IMG/VR virus record: IMGVR_UViG_3300042454_000021
Span: 48,926-112,925 of that record
Reading direction: 5' to 3' (one strand)
Length of the DNA stretch: 64,000 bases
Source: a virus
The notes below the pieces were generated by a model. It searched no databases, was not told where the DNA came from, and saw nothing but the letters and a program-made list of their open reading frames with translations. Positions within the stretch are counted from its first letter, which is position 1. Each line of letters begins with the position of its first letter. Of this stretch, positions 56,540-64,000 are shown one piece after another. Both the position numbers and the translations under genes were made by a program.

Positions 56540-58423
56540 ATGTCTTGTTTACCAGGAATGCCATGTTACAATGAAGTGATATACACTAACTCGCAGCAAG
56601 GTTGTGGGTGTTGTGGTGTATCTACTTGCAGTGGTCAATGTGGTTGTGACACCAACATAAATTGTGGAGTGAGTTCTAATGATGTAACTTACGTAGGGCC
56701 TAACCTTCCACACACAGGAGTACAAAATCTTACAGATCTAACCACTGCTCTTGAGCAGATGGATACTGCCATTGGCGATATACAACAATACAATGGTTCT
56801 AGTGGTACCTCTGGAGCTAATGGCTCTAGTGGTAGAAATGGTACTAGTGGTAGAGATGGCACAAATGGTAATGATGGAGATAGAGGATCAGCAGGTACAT
56901 CAGGTATAAATGGAACTAGTGGATCCTCAGGTGTTTCTGGTGCTACAGGTACTTCAGGTTCATCAGGAACCAATGGCTCTTCTGGCTCATCAGGATCTTC
57001 AGGATCATCTGGTACAAGCGCATCTTCTGGAACATCAGGTACAAATGGTACCTCTGGTACATCAGGATCTAATGGTATATCTGGAACTGATGGCTCATCA
57101 GGAACAGATGGATCAAATGGTACATCAGGAACTTCAGGAACTTCTGCAACATCTGGAACATCAGGACTAACTGGTACTGCTGGTACAAGTGGTCTATCAG
57201 GAGATAGATATGCTACAATATCATTAACACCATTAACTATTGGTACAGGTCTTGCAGTATTTGATGTTGAATCTGGTCTTGCTTATACAATTGGTCAAGA
57301 GGTTATAATAAGTTATGGTGTAGGAAATACTATGATTGGTACTGTTTCATTATATGAAGCTGATTGTGGTGAAATGATTGTAGATGTTGACACAATTACA
57401 GGATCAGGATCATATGAACCATGGTCAGTTAACTTAAATGGTATAGCTGCAGTTAATGGTACTTCTGGAACTTCAGGAATAACAGGAACTTCAGGAACAA
57501 GTGGTATTACAGGTACTTCAGGAACGTCAGGTACATCAGGATTATCAGGAACAGGTGGTACTTCAGGTACAAGTGGTTTAACAGGAACTTCAGGTACATC
57601 AGCTACGTCTGGTTTAACAGGTACAAATGGTACAACAGGTACAAATGGATCTTCAGGAACTTCAGGTGCTTCTGGATCAAGTGGTGTAAATGGAACATCA
57701 GGTTCTTCAGGTACAAGTGCTACTAGTGGTGCCAATGGTTCTGCAGGTACAACTGGTACAAGTGGAGCAAATGGTGCTCCAGGAGGCGTAGGTCCTACAG
57801 GTCCAACAGGTCCTACAGGTGGTGCAGGAGGTCCTGGTCCAACAGGTCCTATTGGTCCTCCAGGTACTGGAGGTGCTGCTGCTACAATTGCTGTTGGTCC
57901 AACTACTACAGGTCCTGCAGGTACACCTGCAAATGTTTCGAATAGTGGAACAAGTTCTGCAGCAGTGTTTAACTTTACAATACCTCAAGGTCCTACAGGT
58001 CCTCCAGGTACAGGATTTACAACGATTACAGGTAACCCTGGAGCATTAGGTACATATCAAGTATTAATGTCTACAGGTGCATCTAATACAGCATTTGCTG
58101 CTACCAACGTATATATAAGTGGTGGTTCTTACAATCAATTAAATGCTGATTCATTTTATCAAACGTCTTTAAGGGCTGCTAAAACTAATATTGAAACATA
58201 TGAAGGAGATGCTTTAGATTTAATATCTCGTACAACCATTGTTAGTTTTGCATACAAGAACGATCCTAGTGTAATTCATTATGGATTTATTGCAGACGAC
58301 ACTCCTGTAGAGATGGCCACTGTTGAACAAAACAGAATGGACACAAACTCTACAATTGGTATATTGATAAAGGCTGTACAAGAATTAGAAGCTAGAGTTA
58401 AAAAAGTAGAAGGCAATGACTAA
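56540..58423 (+). CDS. Collagen-like fibre with a C-terminal peptidase S74 intramolecular chaperone
   Basis: Long GTS and GPT triplet runs; TS.R..K.NI, YGFIA, KAVQEL..RV. Confidence 0.85.
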   Translation: MSCLPGMPCYNEVIYTNSQQGCGCCGVSTCSGQCGCDTNINCGVSSNDVTYVGPNLPHTGVQNLTDLTTALEQMDTAIGDIQQYNGSSGTSGANGSSGRNGTSGRDGTNGNDGDRGSAGTSGINGTSGSSGVSGATGTSGSSGTNGSSGSSGSSGSSGTSASSGTSGTNGTSGTSGSNGISGTDGSSGTDGSNGTSGTSGTSATSGTSGLTGTAGTSGLSGDRYATISLTPLTIGTGLAVFDVESGLAYTIGQEVIISYGVGNTMIGTVSLYEADCGEMIVDVDTITGSGSYEPWSVNLNGIAAVNGTSGTSGITGTSGTSGITGTSGTSGTSGLSGTGGTSGTSGLTGTSGTSATSGLTGTNGTTGTNGSSGTSGASGSSGVNGTSGSSGTSATSGANGSAGTTGTSGANGAPGGVGPTGPTGPTGGAGGPGPTGPIGPPGTGGAAATIAVGPTTTGPAGTPANVSNSGTSSAAVFNFTIPQGPTGPPGTGFTTITGNPGALGTYQVLMSTGASNTAFAATNVYISGGSYNQLNADSFYQTSLRAAKTNIETYEGDALDLISRTTIVSFAYKNDPSVIHYGFIADDTPVEMATVEQNRMDTNSTIGILIKAVQELEARVKKVEGND

Positions 58424-59321
58424 ACAAACCAATTATGTAGCTACTGTTACTGATGCGAATAGTGCATTCCCTTCTAAGCCAGGGGAAGCTGTTCCAAATA
58501 GTGATAGAGGAATAATTACAGATGAAACTGGTCAAACTCAAGGATCTGTTGGTGCAAAGAACACTTGGTATATTAAAACTGATATTGAACCAATTGCTTC
58601 CTATCCTAATAATAGACTTCCTAGATGGCAAGACTTAGTTCCATTAAGTTGTAATTTTACATTTAGTACAGTACAAGTTCCATATACAAGTCCACCAGTT
58701 TTAGATAGTAGTACAGGAATAACAATATTTTTTGATAGCTCAGGCAGTATGGCAGGAGTTCTTCCAGCACTAGAAACTATGAAAAATAGTGTATTAAAGC
58801 CTTGTTTACTTCCATTTTATAATAATAATAGTGCATTGTATGATGAAAGAGTTCAAATACTAAGTCTTAATAACGAACGTGCAATTGAGTGGTTAGGAAC
58901 ACTTCCTTTAGGTAGTGCAACAAAAACTATCAATTTAACTTTTTGTAATGAAGTTGAGCCTGTATATACTAATACATCAAATACTAATAGTAGTGTTAGT
59001 CCTTGGGTTTTTCTTCCAAATTCTCCTGTTACACTTTATTATACACAAGATATTAATTTTACAAATTCTAATTTGTCAGCTAACGTAAGAGCTATTGCAT
59101 ATAGAGTTATTATTAGTAATGCAAGTGCTAATTCTGTTACAAAAGGATTTTATAATGCAGTATTTAGTGGTACAGGTAATTATAGTGGAGCATCTGGATT
59201 ATCAACAAATGGTTATGCATATTTAATTGATGATGTATCTGACACTGGAACTGCTCAATATTATACAAATAAAGTTATTGAAGGAATGAACTTACTAGGA
59301 TATAATTTATCTCCCTGTTAA
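58416..59321 (+). CDS. vWA/MIDAS-like domain protein
   Basis: IFFDSSGSM (DxSxS). Confidence 0.6.
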   Translation: MTKQTNYVATVTDANSAFPSKPGEAVPNSDRGIITDETGQTQGSVGAKNTWYIKTDIEPIASYPNNRLPRWQDLVPLSCNFTFSTVQVPYTSPPVLDSSTGITIFFDSSGSMAGVLPALETMKNSVLKPCLLPFYNNNSALYDERVQILSLNNERAIEWLGTLPLGSATKTINLTFCNEVEPVYTNTSNTNSSVSPWVFLPNSPVTLYYTQDINFTNSNLSANVRAIAYRVIISNASANSVTKGFYNAVFSGTGNYSGASGLSTNGYAYLIDDVSDTGTAQYYTNKVIEGMNLLGYNLSPC

Positions 59322-59323
59322 TT

Positions 59324-61141
59324 ATGGCTAATATAAAAGTAAAACTAACGTTACTTACTACTGGAGGAAACTCTGGACCATTGTATAATGCTTATTATAC
59401 TACAGATGGTACTAACTATATAATAGCTGTAGATGGATCTAATGTGACATTAGCTTCAATAGGGTCTGAAGTAATTTTGACAGTGCCTGATAATTCAACC
59501 AATATTAAATTAGTAAATTTAACTGCAGGTTGTCAAGATAATTATTATGTTGTTCCTGTAGTTACAACAACAACTACTACTACACTAATTCCATTATCAG
59601 GAAATGGTACATACACTTGTGCAACAGCAGGTTCAAATAATGGAACATTTACAATATACAGTCTTTCAGGAGGAATTGGACCACCTTATCAAACAGCTTT
59701 TTTTTCTACACAGTTAGGAGAAACTGCTGTATGGAATAATTATCCACAGGTAAGTGCTTATGGTAATCTTTTTGCTGGTTATAGTCCAACAGTATATACA
59801 TTTGGTGTAAGAACAAGTAATGGATATACAGTTTATCTAGATAGTACTTTATGTACTACTACTACGCAACCTCCATCAACTGTAACAATAACTACATTAA
59901 ATGGATTAGATGTTAATTCATTTACAGTTTATATTAATGGAACTGCAGATACAGGTTGGAAATCAGGGAGTAGAACATATGCATCAGGAACAGTTATTAA
60001 TGTTACGTATAACTCTAATGCTTGTGGTGTAACAAAGAATGGTTCTGCTTATACATCAAATACTAATGTTACATTAAGTGGTGGAAGTGCTCAAAGCTTT
60101 TCTTTAAACAATGCAAATAGTTGGACAAATACAGGATTTGTTTGTATAGGAAATGTTTATTACACAAATCAAGTAAATCCTTGTGGGGGAACTCAACAAG
60201 TTCAAACATATCCAGGATCTACTTGTGATTGTGTATGTAATCAAAACTGTAATGGTACATATTATGGACCTAATGTTTGTGGAGGTGGAGTAGGTCTTGG
60301 TAATGCTCTTATTCAATATCAATATTATTCTTGTAATAATAATCCTACAGGAAATTATCAAGTAATTGAAAACTGTAGTTGTTCTTGTAATCAAGCATGT
60401 AATGGAACATACCAAGGACAGTCTTATTGTTCAGGTAATGAACTTCGAGTAGATAATTATTTTTCCTGTAACAATGCTTATGAAAGCACCACTATAATTA
60501 GTGCATGTAGTTGTGATTGTAATCAAGCTTGTTCTGGAGAATATTGGGGAGATCCTTATTGTGATGGAACTGGTATTCAAAAAAGAAATAGAAAATATGT
60601 TTGTAACAATGCTAATACAGGACAAGTTGAAACAATATCTACTTGTAGTCAAGCCTGTGGTGCATTTGTAGCTCCTATTTGGACTCCTGTAGGAAATCCT
60701 TATTGTGAGGGATGTTATCAAAAACAAGATGAGGTACAGTCTAATGTATGTTGTCCAGATCCTCCACAAGGAACTCCACGTACTATAGAATTAGGAGTTA
60801 ACTCTGCATGTGGAACTTGGGATCTTGAATACTATTGCGTAGGTTATGATAAGTGGAGTAGACAAAGAAACTCATGTACAAGTGCTACATGTTGCGATAC
60901 ACTAGTAGAAGTTAATAGTGCTTATTGTGGATATGTACCACCTCCAGCTTGTAGAACTTATCAAATAGTAGGAGATTATACAGATGAATCTGTAACTGGT
61001 ATTTATACTAATTGTTCTGGAGGTAGTGATAGCTTCTCATTCTTTGGTGGTCCAGGTACAGTGGGATATATATGTGCTCTAGCAGGTAGTGTATATGTTA
61101 CAAGTGGTAATGGATCTGCGAACGATGTAGGAGGATGTTAA
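59324..61141 (+). CDS. Cys-rich modular virion or adhesin protein with Thr tracts
   Basis: N-terminal domain plus TTTTTTT; three C.C.CNQ.C.G.Y repeats. Confidence 0.65.
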   Translation: MANIKVKLTLLTTGGNSGPLYNAYYTTDGTNYIIAVDGSNVTLASIGSEVILTVPDNSTNIKLVNLTAGCQDNYYVVPVVTTTTTTTLIPLSGNGTYTCATAGSNNGTFTIYSLSGGIGPPYQTAFFSTQLGETAVWNNYPQVSAYGNLFAGYSPTVYTFGVRTSNGYTVYLDSTLCTTTTQPPSTVTITTLNGLDVNSFTVYINGTADTGWKSGSRTYASGTVINVTYNSNACGVTKNGSAYTSNTNVTLSGGSAQSFSLNNANSWTNTGFVCIGNVYYTNQVNPCGGTQQVQTYPGSTCDCVCNQNCNGTYYGPNVCGGGVGLGNALIQYQYYSCNNNPTGNYQVIENCSCSCNQACNGTYQGQSYCSGNELRVDNYFSCNNAYESTTIISACSCDCNQACSGEYWGDPYCDGTGIQKRNRKYVCNNANTGQVETISTCSQACGAFVAPIWTPVGNPYCEGCYQKQDEVQSNVCCPDPPQGTPRTIELGVNSACGTWDLEYYCVGYDKWSRQRNSCTSATCCDTLVEVNSAYCGYVPPPACRTYQIVGDYTDESVTGIYTNCSGGSDSFSFFGGPGTVGYICALAGSVYVTSGNGSANDVGGC

Positions 61142-61159
61142 ACCAATAAATAAAATAAT

Positions 61160-61987
61160 ATGAATGTTTTAATAACTTTAACAACAGCTGGTGTGGATAC
61201 AGGTCCTTTTGACCTGTTTTCAAACAGCAATAATTATACAGTTCCTTTTGCTTCAACAATAGCTAGAGGTGTACTAGAGAATGGATATTTATCTAGTGTT
61301 GTACCAAACGATGCTACAATAATTCGTGTACAATCATTAGATGTATGTACTAATTACATTGACTTAACTATCAATACAACTACTACAACCACTAGTACAT
61401 CAACAGCTGTTCCTCAACAATGGTATAGAATAGTTAACTGTAATACATTAGTAACATTAAATAGTATTGCATACTCTCCTGGAACTTATGGATTAAATGC
61501 TAGGGTGACATATCAAAACTATCCTTATGTAGTTAATCAGATATACAATAATAATCCAGGTGGTAGTCAAGTTGCTTTAATTTCTACAGGTCAAATAGGA
61601 TGTCCTCCTCTTGGAGAATATTATTTATTGTTTAAATGCTCAGACGCTACTACTACTACTTCTCAAAAATATCCAGTGGGTACATTTGTTGTTGATGATC
61701 GTGTAGTTGATGATTCTGATATTTACACTTATACAATTGTATCAGCTAGTGGTAATGATCCAGGAGGAGCACAGATTTCAATATCAGCAACTGGTCAAAG
61801 AGAATGTCCTACAACTGTATACACTCAATATACAAAATGTACTGATGTAACTATTAAGTATTACATATTAGGATCTGGTTATCAATCGAGTATATTGATT
61901 GGAGATGATTGTTTTACAACTGCTGGAACTACACTTAATCCAGAAGGAACAGAGTTCTACTCTTACAGTGAAGGCTGTGAGTGTTAA
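61160..61987 (+). CDS. Modular virion protein with a Thr/Ser linker and a duplicated Cys domain
   Basis: N-terminal domain related to 59324; TTTTTTSTST; two PGG.Q...TGQ..CP repeats. Confidence 0.65.
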   Translation: MNVLITLTTAGVDTGPFDLFSNSNNYTVPFASTIARGVLENGYLSSVVPNDATIIRVQSLDVCTNYIDLTINTTTTTTSTSTAVPQQWYRIVNCNTLVTLNSIAYSPGTYGLNARVTYQNYPYVVNQIYNNNPGGSQVALISTGQIGCPPLGEYYLLFKCSDATTTTSQKYPVGTFVVDDRVVDDSDIYTYTIVSASGNDPGGAQISISATGQRECPTTVYTQYTKCTDVTIKYYILGSGYQSSILIGDDCFTTAGTTLNPEGTEFYSYSEGCEC

Positions 61988-61996
61988 GATATAAAA

Positions 61997-62059
61997 AATC
62001 CTGTTTGTTGGTTTACAGGATTTCTCCCAGAGTGTAAAATCTCTGGGAGTTTTCATTTT
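61997..62059 (+). terminator. Double-hairpin terminator
   Basis: aaatcctgt/acaggattt, then ctcccagag/ctctgggag plus a U tract. Confidence 0.75.
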
Positions 62060-62164
62060 TATAACCAATTTGATTAAACTATATAATTAACTCAGTTACA
62101 ATTATTTGGTAAATACAAAAATTAATTTATATATTTAGGACAATTTAACTAAACTACAACTAGA

Positions 62165-63394
62165 ATGACTGAGAATCAGGATATGCTTTCTCGTCTTGGA
62201 GCACTTCTAAGAATGAAGAAAAGCAAAACATTCTATGCTGAAAGGCTTGGAATCACTGAACAAGAAGTAGATGAATTGTTAAAAGAGATAAGAGAAAGAG
62301 ATCAAGAACCTAACAATACGTTGAAAACAACTGCATCTAATTATGATACAGTAAGGAAAGTTAATAATGAAAAAGGAACAATTGAGAGCACATTAATACT
62401 TGATTTTGAACCAAAGGATGATCTAGAGCTGGCTAAGTTACATAAGATTAATCTAGATAAATATGTAATCACTAACTACTGGTCTAAACTATTACCTAAT
62501 GGTAAGTTTACATCATCAGTCTTCTCTAAGAAAAAAGAGGCTAAAGATTACACAGCTGAAGACTTTGCAAAGTTTTTAGTTAATTATAAATCCAACTACA
62601 TACCCCATCCAGAACCTAAGCAAGAACGTGCTAAGACTGTAGATGTTGAATTATCATTGTCTGATTATCACTTAGCTAAGAGACATATTGATGGAGATAA
62701 TTCACCATATGAAAGATGTAAAAGATACTTTACTACAGCAGCAACTCTTATTTATAATGTGAAATCATTATACGATATTGATACTATTGTATTTCCAATA
62801 TCAAATGATTTCTTTCATACAGATAACTATCAGCATCAAACAACAAATGGTACTCCACAAGATACTATTGTTGATTATGCTCATGAATATGAACTAGGAT
62901 TTGAACTACTTGTAGACACGATTACAATGATGAAAAAGCTTTGTAATAACATACAAGTTGTATTAGTTCAAGGTAATCATGACAGAACAAAGTCTTATTA
63001 TCTTGCTCACGCTCTTGATGTTTATTTCAAAGCAGATCCTAATATCTTTTTTGAAAGAGAACATTCTACAGTGAAAGGGGTAATGTTAGGAGAAACATTT
63101 ATTGGTTATCATCATGGTAACTGCAAGATTGAGGATCTTCCTTTATTATTTGCAACCCATCCTGAGTATAGCCAACTGTTTGGATATGCTAAATACAGAG
63201 AGGTGCATACAGGAGATAAGCATCACTACATGGCTAAGGAAGTGAAAGGGGTAAGAATACAACAAATGCCTAGCTTGTCTGGTACAGATAGATGGCATCA
63301 AGATAACAACTTTGTTCATAGTGTTAGAGCAGCACTTGCTTTAGTTTATGACAAAGAGTTAGGTAAGATTTGTGAATTTGAAGAAAGAATATAA
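62165..63394 (+). CDS. Calcineurin-like metallophosphoesterase with an N-terminal HTH
   Basis: SDYH, NDFFH.D, GNHD, HHG, GDKHH. Confidence 0.85.
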   Translation: MTENQDMLSRLGALLRMKKSKTFYAERLGITEQEVDELLKEIRERDQEPNNTLKTTASNYDTVRKVNNEKGTIESTLILDFEPKDDLELAKLHKINLDKYVITNYWSKLLPNGKFTSSVFSKKKEAKDYTAEDFAKFLVNYKSNYIPHPEPKQERAKTVDVELSLSDYHLAKRHIDGDNSPYERCKRYFTTAATLIYNVKSLYDIDTIVFPISNDFFHTDNYQHQTTNGTPQDTIVDYAHEYELGFELLVDTITMMKKLCNNIQVVLVQGNHDRTKSYYLAHALDVYFKADPNIFFEREHSTVKGVMLGETFIGYHHGNCKIEDLPLLFATHPEYSQLFGYAKYREVHTGDKHHYMAKEVKGVRIQQMPSLSGTDRWHQDNNFVHSVRAALALVYDKELGKICEFEERI

Positions 63395-63396
63395 CA

Positions 63397-64000
63397 ATGG
63401 CAACAGTAAGAAAATTGGTTTCAGATGTACGTGCAATGCACAGATTATTATCAACAGATGCGATGATAACAGATAGGGCTATTGCTTCTGAATTAAAAAA
63501 CAATACAATCTTACTAGTTAAACGTGAAACAAATCTTCGTAGACTTTGGTCTACAGATACGTTATTTACAACAATCCCTTGTTTGGAATTAGAACAAGTG
63601 CCTATCACTGAATGTTGTGATTTTACAGATGATTGTACCATTGCTAGAACTAAATTAAAACTTCCACGTATATCAGAAGGTAACTATCAATATCTTATCC
63701 AAGGTGTTTGGTCTATCAATGCTATGGGTGGTATGGGTAAGAAGTTTAAAGATATATCAATAAACAGATATCTTAATTTACTTAAGTTACCAATCATCAA
63801 GAATGAGAGCTACTATTGGATTGTGAACGATTATCTCTACCTAACTGACCCATTGGTTCAGAAGGTTAGAATTGCTGCCTTATTCGAAGAGGATATCCCT
63901 AACGAAGTGAGATATTCAGGAGAGTGTGGTGCACAAGTTACTGATGCAGAGTGGTGCTTAAATCCTTTAGATAGAGAATCGTTTTGCCCAGGGTATTTAG
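63397..64000 (+). CDS. Tail ring-like structural protein (3'-truncated)
   Basis: Open frame MATVRKLVSDVR... runs to the window end. Confidence 0.6.
   Translation, partial: MATVRKLVSDVRAMHRLLSTDAMITDRAIASELKNNTILLVKRETNLRRLWSTDTLFTTIPCLELEQVPITECCDFTDDCTIARTKLKLPRISEGNYQYLIQGVWSINAMGGMGKKFKDISINRYLNLLKLPIIKNESYYWIVNDYLYLTDPLVQKVRIAALFEEDIPNEVRYSGECGAQVTDAEWCLNPLDRESFCPGYL

Noticed and set aside
56540-61987. Diversity-generating retroelement acting on the fibre genes
   Set aside because: No reverse transcriptase and no template/variable repeat pair differing only at adenines seen in the window
1-64000. Stop-codon reassignment (TAG or TGA), as in some crAss-like phages
   Set aside because: Hallmark genes are full length in code 11, TAG and TGA end genes at sensible boundaries, and no suppressor tRNA is seen
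1-64000. Prophage or integration module
   Set aside because: No integrase, repressor switch, att site or host genes visible

Overview
A 64 kb segment of a lytic crAss-like (Crassvirales-type) dsDNA phage. It uses the standard genetic code and probably infects a Bacteroidota host (TAnnTTTG promoter boxes, A-rich leaders lacking Shine-Dalgarno sequences). There are three blocks. (1) Plus-strand block 1-9976: GH19 endolysin and lysis membrane proteins, GTS-repeat and Thr/Ser-tailed virion-type proteins, a glycosyltransferase, a ferritin-like protein, a HEXXH protein and a run of Lys-rich small proteins. (2) Minus-strand block 10050-42603: two GT-A glycosyltransferases and a methyltransferase, GroES, dUTPase, RecA, class II RNR, rIIA/rIIB, UDG, primase, helicases, PolB, small early genes and a tRNA-like element. 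(3) Plus-strand virion block 43076-64000: IHF-like protein, TerL, portal, MCP, ring and auxiliary proteins, fibres and a phosphoesterase. The main candidate new system is phage-encoded protein O-glycosylation: a plant SGT1/HPAT (GT96/GT95)-like transferase lies among mucin-like Thr/Ser-tailed proteins, and similar tails occur on proteins of the structural module. A second candidate is a set of terminator-adjacent segments that are antisense to the translation leaders of other phage genes. All homology calls come from motif recognition by eye; no database searches were run.
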